IMG/VR virus record: IMGVR_UViG_3300044831_000011
Coordinates: 1 to 59,696 of that record
DNA: 59,696 nucleotides
Strand: one strand, 5' to 3'
Origin: a virus
Lineage: Duplodnaviria; Caudoviricetes
Shown here: positions 33,097 through 43,292 of the stretch, in pieces
How the letters are laid out: each line of letters opens with the position of its first letter
Position numbering within the stretch: position 1 is the first letter of the stretch
Position numbers and translations under genes: made by a program
The notes under the pieces: model-generated
What the model was told of the DNA's origin: nothing
The model's database searches: none
Seen by the model: only the letters and a program-made list of their open reading frames with translations

Positions 33097-35415
33097 TCAT
33101 TTCTTGCCAACTTCTTTAATGTTACCAAATTCTCCGCGTTCTGGTGCATTTCCCGCTGCTTTTCTGGCAGCTTTCATTTTGTACATGTTCTGCTCTGCCG
33201 TGGTCAAATCCCCGGCTGAGCCATAAGAGAAATCCGCTCCTGCATAATCGTGAGTCTGTCCGTCTGCATCCGTTACTCGAATTGTGGTATTTCTGAGGGT
33301 GTCGCGTGCATTTTCAAGTTGCTGATCTGAGGCATTGCGCGCCCCAAACTCATCCCCGCCGAAATGGTAGACCTCAATCCCTGCTTTCTTCAGCGCATCG
33401 CCTTTGGCCTTTAGAAGTGCATTGCCTGCTTCATGGCCAAACTTGTCATTGAAGGCCTTGAGTCCGTCTGCATCCGTCATAGTAACGGAAGGCGCTTGGC
33501 TGTTGGTCTGCGCAATGTCAAAGGCGCGGCGATTCGGCAATTCCGTTTGCGGACTCATGAAAACGGCGCGCTGCTTGTCTTCCGGCGGCATCTTTTCCAA
33601 TTCGGCGCGCAAGTCTGGGTATTGGATGCGCTGATCTGGAGCTTTCTGGGCTACATTTTGCATCAATCCCGGCCCCTTGGGTGCATCCGGGTTGACTCCC
33701 TTTGCCTGAAGGCTCTGGCGCAACAGGTCTTCCATGTTGGCTTCCGTGGCAATCTGGGGCTGTGGAACTGGCGCTTGTGGTTGCATCGGCTGGGCTGCTG
33801 GCGTGGCCTGTGCTGGCGACGGTGGCCCACCTTTACGACCCTTTGCTCTGGCCATGATGCCCGGTGATGTCTGAGGCTCCTCTGGTGGCAATACGGCCTG
33901 CCCTGAGGCATTTGCTTGCTCAATGGCGCTATTTAGTGTCTTACCGGCTTGTGCGTTCATTAAGCCGGGAGTCTTCGCGCCCGGTGCCTGCTGGTTATGT
34001 GCTTCCATCCATCCCTGAAGTTTGGCTTGCCCTTCTTCGTCGCCTGCCTGCCCTTCAAGTTCGTTCTGAGTTTTGGCCAGAAATTCGTGCTCTCGTATGC
34101 CATCCAAAAGGCTTGGCTTTTGAGCCGGAACGCCCTGAAAAAGTGACTGCGCAGAGTTCGTGGCCGTTGGTGCAACTTGATCTGTGGCTGGCGAGGTCAG
34201 GAACTGCACGCGGGGATTACCGTCTTTATCCAGCGTGAAACGCGGCGCCGCTGGCAACAATCCTTCTGGCGAATCAGGCGGAAGTATCTCGCCCGGTCCT
34301 AACTGGATTGCTCCGCTGGCCTTCTCGGGCAGGATCAGCCCTAAGCGTTGTGCGCGTGTGGTAGCTGCTACCGGTGGCGGCGTATACGGTACGGAACCGC
34401 TTGTATCCGCCGGCGGTGGCGTGACGATTGGGCCTGAGGCAAGCTGCTTTAGTGGCGATTGTGGCGGCTGCTCACCATTGAACTTAACAGGCGCGGCTGC
34501 ATCTGGATTTGTGCTGAAAAGCGGGGAGTTGCCCAGCTTAGGCGTGTTGTTGAATAAATCAAGTTGCGGGTCTGCCGTGGTCTTAGCAGCTTCAGCGTAA
34601 TCCGCGAATGATGGACGGCGAACCAAGCGGCCAACCATCGGGATATGGCTGATTAAATCATCTTTCGCCAGACTGCCAACGGCAGAGGCTTTTGCAGCAA
34701 TGTCTGGTGAGACCTTGCTCATCAGGCCCGGTATACCCTTGGCTGCTGCCATCCCGCCGCCAATATTTCCAAGGTCACTGGCGAATTGCTGCTGGGCTTC
34801 GTTCCCGCCTAATAGCTGCGTTGTTTTTTCAGCCGCTTTGCCGCCGAGATAGCCGCCGCCGATTGCACTCGCGGTTTCAAGTGGCGACATAACCGCTGAA
34901 ACTGGCAATGTCTTAGCGACAAGAGGCAGCGTCATTAGAGCGCCACTTTTGATGATCCTGTGGCCGCCTTGGGCAATGTTTCCGTCTGCGACATCGCCAA
35001 TTCCTTGCGACATTTCCCAGAGTGTAGGCTTGATTACCTGCCCGTATGCGGCCGCATCGCCTTCAGGATCGGGCTGGCCATTGTAAAACTGCTTTGCCCA
35101 TGAATCCATTGCTCCCGGCATGGTCGTAAGTTTCAGCTTGGTATACCACGGCAGCTTGTCATAGGCCGCATTCTTGACGGCTGCCTGAGGCGTGGTTTCC
35201 TCTCCATCGTCACCAATCATCGCCGGGGGTGCCGTGGGAACGGTAGGCGGTTGCTGATAGGTGACTTCTGGCTGCGGGGCCGCAGGTGCGGACAATGGGC
35301 GCACTACGGCCCCAGGTGGCAAACCCTGTACGTTCTGGGTCTGCGGAGCAAGCGGTTTGATGACCGCTCCCGGTGGCAATCCGGCGATTTGTGGCGTTAC
35401 AGGCTGAGTGCTCAT
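33097..35415 (-). CDS. Probable ejection/internal virion protein with C-terminal GGDEF domain
   Basis: Pro/Ala/Gln-rich body; TELPNRRAF, DADGLKAFNDKFGHEAGN, FGGDEF, AEQNMY..K. Confidence 0.85.
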   Translation of the reverse strand: MSTQPVTPQIAGLPPGAVIKPLAPQTQNVQGLPPGAVVRPLSAPAAPQPEVTYQQPPTVPTAPPAMIGDDGEETTPQAAVKNAAYDKLPWYTKLKLTTMPGAMDSWAKQFYNGQPDPEGDAAAYGQVIKPTLWEMSQGIGDVADGNIAQGGHRIIKSGALMTLPLVAKTLPVSAVMSPLETASAIGGGYLGGKAAEKTTQLLGGNEAQQQFASDLGNIGGGMAAAKGIPGLMSKVSPDIAAKASAVGSLAKDDLISHIPMVGRLVRRPSFADYAEAAKTTADPQLDLFNNTPKLGNSPLFSTNPDAAAPVKFNGEQPPQSPLKQLASGPIVTPPPADTSGSVPYTPPPVAATTRAQRLGLILPEKASGAIQLGPGEILPPDSPEGLLPAAPRFTLDKDGNPRVQFLTSPATDQVAPTATNSAQSLFQGVPAQKPSLLDGIREHEFLAKTQNELEGQAGDEEGQAKLQGWMEAHNQQAPGAKTPGLMNAQAGKTLNSAIEQANASGQAVLPPEEPQTSPGIMARAKGRKGGPPSPAQATPAAQPMQPQAPVPQPQIATEANMEDLLRQSLQAKGVNPDAPKGPGLMQNVAQKAPDQRIQYPDLRAELEKMPPEDKQRAVFMSPQTELPNRRAFDIAQTNSQAPSVTMTDADGLKAFNDKFGHEAGNALLKAKGDALKKAGIEVYHFGGDEFGARNASDQQLENARDTLRNTTIRVTDADGQTHDYAGADFSYGSAGDLTTAEQNMYKMKAARKAAGNAPERGEFGNIKEVGKK

Positions 35416-37241
35416 TTTCCTAAAGCAACATACTTCCCGTTAACGATATGGCCGATGAGAGTCTTATTGTCTGCGGCATATACTTCATCGCTTGCGCCCG
35501 GCGGTGGAGTCGCTGAGGATGGACTGTTCTGCGCTGCCGATCTGGATAAGCGTCCTTGTACTCCCTGCGTTGGCGCTGGCGCTTCATCCAATCCACCACC
35601 GGGCCCGGAACCTGCCACCTGATAGCCGTAAACTCGCTTTACGTCCCGCAGGTTGTCGTTTGAGTTCTTGATTTTACTGTTGGCAATCTTTGTTGCCGTG
35701 GCCGAAATATCCTGAAGGATTTCAGGCGCGAACTGCTGGCCAGTCGTCCAATTCAGTACCGCCCGGTAAGCGCGGTCTGGCAAGCTGCCCTGGTTCTTGA
35801 TGGCGTTCAATTCTGTTTCGTTGATCCGGTGGACTCCATCGGGAAGATCAAGCCCCAAGGCTTTGAAGGCGAGAGAGGTTTGATCGGTCGGAGATTTGCT
35901 GCTGGCCAGATCCTGCACAAGTCCAAGCTGGTTCTGGGCAGCGCGCATGTCGTTCAAATGTTTTAGCGCCTGCTCGCGGCCTGCGTTTACGGTCTTGTTT
36001 TCCTCTCCTATGTTGGCCGCCTGAATTGCGGCCGCAATCTGTTTCCCTTGACGGTCAGCAGCTATGCCAGCCACGCGAGATTCTTTGTCAACTTCTTCAT
36101 TTACGAGCTGACTATGAATTCCTGTGGCAGATTTTGCCAATGCCTGAGCATCTGGATCATTGGGCAACTGGTTTGGCGGGTAGAAATTGCCCTGCCGATC
36201 AGTCAGTCCCTCAAAAACTCCCTTTTCTCCAGTCTTTACCGTGAATTTCGGCCCGATTGGCTTTGTGTTCTGAATTACGCTGTCAATTTCCTCTGGTGCA
36301 ACGTTCATCCCGTTGTATTGGGCTGTGGTCAGAGCACGGCGGCGTAATTCATCCGGTGGAATCTTGCCAGCTTCCGCTTCTTGCTGAAGTTGCGCGATGA
36401 ACTGCGCTTTCCTCTGCTGGGGAGGGCCAAAGAGCTGAAGATTCTGATTCTCGATGCTGGTTTTCTGGATTCCTGCAACATCTTGGGCCTGTTTCAGGCG
36501 TTGATCTATGACGGCATTGTCGGCATTACGCTGGGCAACCGGCAAATTCTGGTTGTATTCGCGCAACGCTTCAACTTGGCGCATCAATCCCGGCGCTACT
36601 GTGGCCTGCCCGTGATCGAGTGAAGCCCCTACGCTATCCAGTGCGGCAAATAATCCAGTGAGCGCCAATTTCTTGCCCTGCGGAACATAAGGTGCATTCG
36701 CAACTGGCGCGTGTCCGCCCGGATAGGCGGCGAGAATTGATTCTGGGGTCAATTGCTGCGGTGGCGTGGCGGGCTGGCGAACTGCTGGCGCTCCGCCGGT
36801 AAGTGCATCCTCAAGGCTGGCTGGCGCTGGCACGTTCTTCATCAGCCCCGGCCCTTGCGTAGTGCTTGTGGGTGCAGCCTGAGGCGTAGGACTGCCGTAA
36901 AGCTGTGCTTCTGGGCTGCCTGATACGTCTGGGCTGAAAGGTGGAGTGCCATCTGATGACGGCTGAATTGCTGACTGCACCTTTGCCGCTACCACGCTGG
37001 GCATGGGAGTATTCGGCGGAATCGGCTGCGGAACTTTGGCCACGTTTACCGGGTCGGCGTGCCAGTCCAAGAATGTTTTAGGCACGGCACCGCCCAGAGG
37101 TACATTCGCCTGATCGCCCGGTGTCATCTGTGGAGTTTGCGGAGCTTCTACTTGGGCAATCTGGCTGATTGCGTCCGGGTCATCAAAAAGCGATGGCGGG
37201 AAAAGCGAATTTTTAAGTTGATTTTGCTGTGTGCCTGCCAT
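35412..37241 (-). CDS. Probable ejection/internal virion protein
   Basis: Pro/Ala/Gln-rich; position after tail genes in a podovirus-like layout. Confidence 0.6.
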   Translation of the reverse strand: MAGTQQNQLKNSLFPPSLFDDPDAISQIAQVEAPQTPQMTPGDQANVPLGGAVPKTFLDWHADPVNVAKVPQPIPPNTPMPSVVAAKVQSAIQPSSDGTPPFSPDVSGSPEAQLYGSPTPQAAPTSTTQGPGLMKNVPAPASLEDALTGGAPAVRQPATPPQQLTPESILAAYPGGHAPVANAPYVPQGKKLALTGLFAALDSVGASLDHGQATVAPGLMRQVEALREYNQNLPVAQRNADNAVIDQRLKQAQDVAGIQKTSIENQNLQLFGPPQQRKAQFIAQLQQEAEAGKIPPDELRRRALTTAQYNGMNVAPEEIDSVIQNTKPIGPKFTVKTGEKGVFEGLTDRQGNFYPPNQLPNDPDAQALAKSATGIHSQLVNEEVDKESRVAGIAADRQGKQIAAAIQAANIGEENKTVNAGREQALKHLNDMRAAQNQLGLVQDLASSKSPTDQTSLAFKALGLDLPDGVHRINETELNAIKNQGSLPDRAYRAVLNWTTGQQFAPEILQDISATATKIANSKIKNSNDNLRDVKRVYGYQVAGSGPGGGLDEAPAPTQGVQGRLSRSAAQNSPSSATPPPGASDEVYAADNKTLIGHIVNGKYVALGK

Positions 37242-37293
37242 GAATCCTCAGTAAGTTGACAATTAAGCTCTCAGAAGAGCAAAATTCATGCCC

Positions 37294-37695
37294 ATGAAAA
37301 CGCTAGTGATGTTGCTTTTATTTATTCCCTGTGCGGTCGTTGCGAAAGACAAGCGCCCAATCCCACCATACCAAGACGGCATTCTGCTGGAAATGACCGA
37401 GAGCGAAACTCCTGGCTATATCACCCCGAACAATGGATACGGCTCAGTAGTTGTTAATCGACACAGTTTCACAATTGTTATCGCCATCGGCGACATTGCA
37501 TATACAGGATGGCTCGGGCGAACATATATACCAAATGCAATCCTGAATGATCCGATTAAAGCTAGTGTTGACGAAAAGTATTTATACTTTCTGACCCCGG
37601 AAAAACACATCCCGGTTAAAGCGCAAATTATCCAAAGGAAGAGGATTGGCAAGCCTCCCACTCCTCAGCCCTCCGCAGAGCAGCCGCAAAAATAG
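37294..37695 (+). CDS. Secreted protein (moron) on the opposite strand
   Basis: MKTLVMLLLFIPCAVVA signal peptide; own promoter TTGACA(37256)-18 bp-CAAAAT. Confidence 0.7.
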   Translation: MKTLVMLLLFIPCAVVAKDKRPIPPYQDGILLEMTESETPGYITPNNGYGSVVVNRHSFTIVIAIGDIAYTGWLGRTYIPNAILNDPIKASVDEKYLYFLTPEKHIPVKAQIIQRKRIGKPPTPQPSAEQPQK

Positions 37696-38500
37696 GCTGA
37701 AAGAACGTTCGGAAAATAACGCTCCGCTCAACTATGGTAGCAATTCGTTCTCCGAACTTTCGGTACATTGCAACCATCAGTGAGCCGATAAATGTTTTCT
37801 CGTACTCATTCACAAGCCATGCGCGAATCAGATGCGTGCGTGAATCATCAACCCCATAGATGACCTCAGCAATCCAGCAAGGCGACTTTGGCTTACCAGT
37901 GAGTGCGGCAGACCCCACGCTACCACCCGCCTGTAATCCGCCACCAAGTGCGGCCCCTAGCACGCTGGGATTTGGCGTTGAAGCTGTGCCATACAGGTTG
38001 GCATAGTTGTTTGCCGCCGCCGAATCAGCGGAGATAGCAGCATTTGTGTTCGTCGCTGCTGAACCGCTGGCGATGTTGTTTGCATTCCAGAAATTAGAGA
38101 GTGCATCCTGGTAAGACTTTCCGGCTAGATCGGTAAACGCTGCACCCTTTTGTGAAGTTGCATCCTCTGCTGCCTGCCGCGACTGATCGGCCTGAAATCC
38201 TGATGGCGCGTTGCCGAATCCGCGTGAAGCATAAGAGCGCGCAAGAGAGCCCTGCACCTGATTGCTCTGCTTCGCGATGTTGCCGATTGCCTGCTTATAT
38301 TGCAGCCCGTAAGCGCCCGTTGGCGCAGAAACATTCAGGGAATTGGGGTCAAGAAAGTTTGATAGCGTGCCGCCTGTGCTCCCGGTTGTGCCGGAGCCGA
38401 AGAGCAAATCATGGGCCTGCTTCGCATAGGCCGTGCTCTGATTCGCCTGATTCGCAAGTGCCTGATCTGATGCTTGAGCCCCCGCAGAGGAGCTGGCCAT
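37628..38500 (-). CDS. Ejection-like Gly/Ala/Ser-rich protein with CFI-box-CTERM-like end
   Basis: PCWIAEVIYG...R.WL...G...V..Y...GE.IA. Confidence 0.65.
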   Translation of the reverse strand: MASSSAGAQASDQALANQANQSTAYAKQAHDLLFGSGTTGSTGGTLSNFLDPNSLNVSAPTGAYGLQYKQAIGNIAKQSNQVQGSLARSYASRGFGNAPSGFQADQSRQAAEDATSQKGAAFTDLAGKSYQDALSNFWNANNIASGSAATNTNAAISADSAAANNYANLYGTASTPNPSVLGAALGGGLQAGGSVGSAALTGKPKSPCWIAEVIYGVDDSRTHLIRAWLVNEYEKTFIGSLMVAMYRKFGERIATIVERSVIFRTFFQPIFAAALRRAEEWEACQSSSFG

Positions 38501-38585
38501 TGTCGATGAGTCGCGTGGTTTGCTACCGATGGCACACCTCCCCGGAAGGAATCACTCCGTTTGTCTCAAATCCATGCTTCATTCG

Positions 38586-38981
38586 CTAAACATCCATTCC
38601 AAAGGTGCGGCACCCTTTGTAGATTTCCATGCAACCCACTTTTTCAGCCCACGTCGCCACTGCATCTTCTTTCGTGACAAACCAGAAGCTATGAATTCCG
38701 CTCTTGTTCCGCGTGCGGTCTGAAATCCAGCTTTTCATCTCACGGAATAATTGAAACATTGCGCGCCTTTTAGCGTTCTTTGTTTTGCCGCCCCAGATAA
38801 AAGCAGGTTCAATCTGAAGCCATCCAACCCGCGCAGCTATGAGTCCAATCGGCTCACCGTCTTCTTCCACAACGAACACAAACGACTGCGCCAGATTCAC
38901 TTTCTCCTGATCGCTGTCATTGATTTTTTGCTGCAAAAACGTAAGGTCTTCCGCTCTCGCTGGCCTTGTGGTTACGCTCAT
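38586..38981 (-). CDS. GNAT-like protein (podovirus T7 gp13-like position)
   Basis: RPARAEDL...FVVEEDGEPIG. Confidence 0.6.
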   Translation of the reverse strand: MSVTTRPARAEDLTFLQQKINDSDQEKVNLAQSFVFVVEEDGEPIGLIAARVGWLQIEPAFIWGGKTKNAKRRAMFQLFREMKSWISDRTRNKSGIHSFWFVTKEDAVATWAEKVGCMEIYKGCRTFGMDV

Positions 38982-39235
38982 ACCTGCGGTGTCGCTATCC
39001 CTGCTGTCTGGAGTTTTTCAGCCAATGCCGTTTCAATTTCCGTGACGTGATCCACGATGGTTTGAGCTGAAGCGTTCAAATCTTTTGTGCCGCCCGGTAA
39101 CGCCATCCCGCATGTTGGACAAGGATCGCCAAACAAGGGAATCGTGTGCGTGGTGACGTTGCCGAAAATGTCCTGCACATCCACTGCTACGGAACGAAGT
39201 GCAATGTTGACTCTGCGCTGAATTTCTTTAGCCAT
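38978..39235 (-). CDS. Hypothetical protein
   Basis: CPTCG; coupled. Confidence 0.6.
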   Translation of the reverse strand: MAKEIQRRVNIALRSVAVDVQDIFGNVTTHTIPLFGDPCPTCGMALPGGTKDLNASAQTIVDHVTEIETALAEKLQTAGIATPQV

Positions 39236-39238
39236 GAT

Positions 39239-40627
39239 TTAGCTTCCCGGCAACGGTCTGCCGCCGCTGCCACCTGTACCACCACCCGCTCCACCGCCGC
39301 CTGTTGAACCACCGCCACCACCTGAGGCAACCGTGGTCACTACGCCTGCAAAGACAAAGTTATCTGGCAAGATTCCCGGTGCTGTTACTTGCGCGCCATA
39401 AAGCTGGTTGATGACATCCCAGACGATCCAATATTTTGTCGTATAGGATTTATGAAGGATCGTTCCCGCTGCATATGTCTCATTGCCGTATCCCGTGGTG
39501 CGTGTCCATGAACTGCCTACGCCGCCTGTACCGTAAATTCTGATCGTGGCATCCGTTCCCGCATCAACTGAATCCACCGTGGCAAAGTTTGTGTTATTGA
39601 ATGGCGCATTCGGCGGCTGGTCGGCGCTGGTAAGCGAAGCCGGATCGGGCAATATCTGCGCACTCGCTGCACCATTTCCCGTCGCATTCACTGCGAACAC
39701 GTACCATTCAAAGATTCCACCTAAGCCGCCAGTGTCCAAGAAAACATACGCGCTAGAGCCCGTTGGCGTAACCGTTCCAATGCTCGAAGCTGCCGCGAAT
39801 CCACCGCCGCGCCTTCCGCGAAAGACCTGATAGAGCGTGATGCCCGTTTCTGCCCCGGCTGGAAATATGATCTGCACCCCGGTTGCTATCTCCGTCGCCG
39901 TGGCACCAATGATCTTCGCCGGCACGCTTGCGGAAGTTCCCAGCGTGATTACCTTGGTTGGCGCTGTGCCTGTAGACTGCGCTCCCGTTTGCGAAACCGC
40001 GATGGCCGTAAGCGTCACCGTTTCCCCGGTCTGCTCAAGTTGAAAAGAGAATGGAGAAACTGAGCTTTCGGCAATCAGCACTGAGGCCGTTATGCCGTTG
40101 TAGCCTGCAATCTCAATCAGTACATGGTCAAAGCGTGGATCACCAACAGGCGGGAGAAATGAAACTCCAATTGTGACCGTGCCGCCTGATACTGCTCCGC
40201 GTGAAACGTCAAAATCCAAGATTGGATTCGGCGGACCCTGCACCAGCGTTATGCTTGTGGTCTGCGGCCCGACAACTACAGGATCAAAATCGCTCTGTGT
40301 TGGGTCGCATTCAATCCAGTAAAATACCTCCGCTGCCGTTGCTATTGCCTGATCCGTATCGTCGTAAACAATGCCCTGATTATTTTCAAGAGATTGCGCA
40401 TTCCATGTGTTTATTACTTTTGCCGAGCCTATATCCTGGCTGAAGTTCCGCTTGAGCACCAGTGTTCCAATGCCGGAATTATTTACCAGCGTAAAGCTGA
40501 TCGTCGCGCCCAGAGTGGTGCTATTGAAATCGACTCCAAAGCCGTCTATGGGCTGGTCGGTAATCGGGCGGCGTGGTGCAATGAGGTCTACCCGATTCGC
40601 CAGTTCCTCAAGTGTGGTATATGGCAC
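39239..40627 (-). CDS. Tail protein with Fn3-like domains
   Basis: Beta-rich; YQVFR...WYVFAVNATG; Gly-rich C-terminus. Confidence 0.65.
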   Translation of the reverse strand: MPYTTLEELANRVDLIAPRRPITDQPIDGFGVDFNSTTLGATISFTLVNNSGIGTLVLKRNFSQDIGSAKVINTWNAQSLENNQGIVYDDTDQAIATAAEVFYWIECDPTQSDFDPVVVGPQTTSITLVQGPPNPILDFDVSRGAVSGGTVTIGVSFLPPVGDPRFDHVLIEIAGYNGITASVLIAESSVSPFSFQLEQTGETVTLTAIAVSQTGAQSTGTAPTKVITLGTSASVPAKIIGATATEIATGVQIIFPAGAETGITLYQVFRGRRGGGFAAASSIGTVTPTGSSAYVFLDTGGLGGIFEWYVFAVNATGNGAASAQILPDPASLTSADQPPNAPFNNTNFATVDSVDAGTDATIRIYGTGGVGSSWTRTTGYGNETYAAGTILHKSYTTKYWIVWDVINQLYGAQVTAPGILPDNFVFAGVVTTVASGGGGGSTGGGGAGGGTGGSGGRPLPGS

Positions 40628-42576
40628 TACGGCGCGCCTTCAAAGATTGGCTTGGAATAAATCGTGATCCTTTTGAGTGTGGCCAGCGTTCCATCAGAAG
40701 GGAAAACTACAGACAGCCGCACGAATTTCCCGAATGAAGCGCCAGGAACTTGCATGCCAGCGCGAAACGTCATTGGGTCAACTCCGCTCTCATCTGAGAC
40801 TATGCCGTTTTCCAATGGAACGCCTCTAACTAGCGGGTTTGGCGCTCCGGAAACCATTGCCGACACAGAAAAACTGTCTTTTGAGTCTGGCCTATCTGTG
40901 ATGAAATCGGCCCAATAGCAGCGTTTATTGCCGTCAAATTCGCATGTTGACCATGCTGGGCTCACCATTGGCGTAAAGTTTTTGCCGTTGTGCTGATACC
41001 CATCTGGCCAGCGATAGATATTTCCATCACTGAAGCCGCCAAAGAAAATAAACGGCGTTGGCCCCTGCAATACGTTGCTCATTGAGGCGAATTTATCTGA
41101 GGGAATGAAATCAGTTTCCCCAAGTCCTGCAATCTGCCCTTGCTCGAAAGAGACATACCAGAGCTGAATCCAGTTGAGCGCCGTGGTTGGTTCGTCAATC
41201 GTGCTGGCCGCGCACATCAAATAGTGCTGCTTCCCGTAAGCGAACCATGCCAGCTTTGCATTCTGAATCTCTGAGTCTTCCAAGTCTTCCATGGAGTACG
41301 TTCCGGCCAATTTCTGCTGAATAGGCTGAGACATATCAATTGGCATTGCCGGAACGCCGGCTACTCCCTCAAGCGTGGTATTCCATGCATTCAATTTCTT
41401 ATCGCGGCTGATCCAGACCAAATGTGTTGGCGTGCGCGTGGTGCCATCTTTGCCGCATGGCCCCGGTGAAACGACACGCTCTTTCATCTGGAAAGTGTTG
41501 GCGTCATAGCCAGTAAGTTTTGTCCATGCTTCCTCTGTGCCAATGAGTAGAGTATTCCCATCGTCTACCACTTCACAGCCCGTAGGCTTACGGCTTCCCG
41601 CTGGTGGCTGAAAGAACAGCGCTGAAGGAAACGATGCCATGGGATCGCCCAAGTCCACTTCCTCAAAGCCGCTGAAAAGCACATTGCCTAAAACCTGATC
41701 GACAATTACGGCACGGCTCTGATATTCGCGCACGATTTCCCCAAGCGGCGCCGGGAAGTTCTCAAACGGTGCAAGGCGCGTCGTGTCGAGATCGCCATCC
41801 GTGAGCGTGTCACCAAAACTGGTAGTTGCGTTCGTCAATTCGGCTTCAAAGTAAAACACGCTGCTCGTATCGTCTGCCGTGTCCATGGTTGAGAAAACCC
41901 ATTTGTGCGTTACCTGGGGGTCGGCTGATACCTGCATGCTGCCCAAGTTTGGCACTGAGCTTGTTTGCGGTCCCGTGTGAGCGCTTAGAGGGCTGGGCGG
42001 CCCAATGTGCATGCGCTGCGTTCCAGCTGCATCCGTGATATAGCCAACGAACGAATAGCAATATTTTCTGCCAGCCGCGAGCGTCTGAGTTCCCGCGCTG
42101 AAGGAAATGGTCGGCGCTACAGTCGGCGCGTCAATGCCCCACTGGTACGCTGTGGCCACCCCAGCGTTGTCCATGATGCGATAGGCGTTTTTACCGTTGT
42201 TCGCGTAAGCCGCATAGTAGCTGGTGGTGAAATCGAAACTTGCTGTGTCATCTTCTCCCGTGGTCAGCGTTGCTGGCGCTGAAAAGGTTCCATCTGCATT
42301 CTGCTTGAGGATTACGAGTTTCCCGCCTGCCTGCACCAAAAGAAATTGCTTTTTGTCGGATGGCCGCTGCCAATCAAACGTCTTTACAATCTTGCTGCCG
42401 ATGGCGGCGAGGGCTTGCACCAGCGTGTAACCGGGGCACGTCTTAACCGTGTCATCGCCTTGGCAAATGACGTTCTTTGCGGCAAGGAGATATTGCGGCC
42501 CCGTGTTTACCGTGTTGTCGTCCGTATTCTTCCCAATGAAGCTGGAGAATGCGGTAGGCTGAAGACCTTTAATCAC
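40627..42576 (-). CDS. Tail nozzle/stabilisation protein (P22 gp10 / T7 gp12-like position)
   Basis: 649-aa beta-rich protein after the adaptor. Confidence 0.6.
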   Translation of the reverse strand: MIKGLQPTAFSSFIGKNTDDNTVNTGPQYLLAAKNVICQGDDTVKTCPGYTLVQALAAIGSKIVKTFDWQRPSDKKQFLLVQAGGKLVILKQNADGTFSAPATLTTGEDDTASFDFTTSYYAAYANNGKNAYRIMDNAGVATAYQWGIDAPTVAPTISFSAGTQTLAAGRKYCYSFVGYITDAAGTQRMHIGPPSPLSAHTGPQTSSVPNLGSMQVSADPQVTHKWVFSTMDTADDTSSVFYFEAELTNATTSFGDTLTDGDLDTTRLAPFENFPAPLGEIVREYQSRAVIVDQVLGNVLFSGFEEVDLGDPMASFPSALFFQPPAGSRKPTGCEVVDDGNTLLIGTEEAWTKLTGYDANTFQMKERVVSPGPCGKDGTTRTPTHLVWISRDKKLNAWNTTLEGVAGVPAMPIDMSQPIQQKLAGTYSMEDLEDSEIQNAKLAWFAYGKQHYLMCAASTIDEPTTALNWIQLWYVSFEQGQIAGLGETDFIPSDKFASMSNVLQGPTPFIFFGGFSDGNIYRWPDGYQHNGKNFTPMVSPAWSTCEFDGNKRCYWADFITDRPDSKDSFSVSAMVSGAPNPLVRGVPLENGIVSDESGVDPMTFRAGMQVPGASFGKFVRLSVVFPSDGTLATLKRITIYSKPIFEGAP

Positions 42577-43289
42577 TAAAAGGTTCCACTCATGAATGGT
42601 TGCGCGGTGGGCATTTGCTGAATCTGCCGATTGCGTACCCAGGAAAGGAATTTTGTTTCGAGCGCCTGACCGACCTGCTCAAACTCCATCGAAAGAGAGT
42701 CATTATTCAGGCGTAGCAGTTTCGCTGTGGCCTTGGCTTCCATCGCATACGTTCCTTCGGATGGCAGCATAAGGATTGAGTTTTGGTTCACAATCGGCAA
42801 CCATTTTGCGCTGTAAACGATCTGCACAAAGCGGGGAGCATCGGGAATTGGAGCAATCCTGATTTTCTGCAACTGTGCCGCTGCGGCTGCCTGTGAATCT
42901 GCTGAATCAAGATATGGGCCGTAATAGGTGTACTGGCTATCTGATCCGAAATTCAGAGAGATTAGCCCGGAATTACTCAACTGGTTGGCGACAACGCTTT
43001 CCAAGTCTTCTGCTGGGTTAATCTCATGCCAGTTCTCGCTCGATGTCAGCCGCTCTGCCAAATGCACCATCTGGGAGAAGTCAGCAGGCAAGGTGTATTC
43101 CTGGTTCGCCTGTCCAACCGTCAGCGTCAAGCTTGTTTCATCGAACTTGATAAAGAAGCCGGAATTTTCCTTGAGGACTGCGGTGTAAACCTCAAATCCA
43201 GCTTCTTCAAGCTTGGCGTAGATGCTTTTGGTTTGCGAGTAATAGCTGGCAGCATCGCAATTGGCTACCATCTGAGCTAAGTTCGGCAT
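42576..43289 (-). CDS. Head-tail adaptor
   Basis: EYTLPADF, IRIAPIPD; size and position. Confidence 0.65.
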   Translation of the reverse strand: MPNLAQMVANCDAASYYSQTKSIYAKLEEAGFEVYTAVLKENSGFFIKFDETSLTLTVGQANQEYTLPADFSQMVHLAERLTSSENWHEINPAEDLESVVANQLSNSGLISLNFGSDSQYTYYGPYLDSADSQAAAAAQLQKIRIAPIPDAPRFVQIVYSAKWLPIVNQNSILMLPSEGTYAMEAKATAKLLRLNNDSLSMEFEQVGQALETKFLSWVRNRQIQQMPTAQPFMSGTF

Positions 43290-43292
43290 GAG

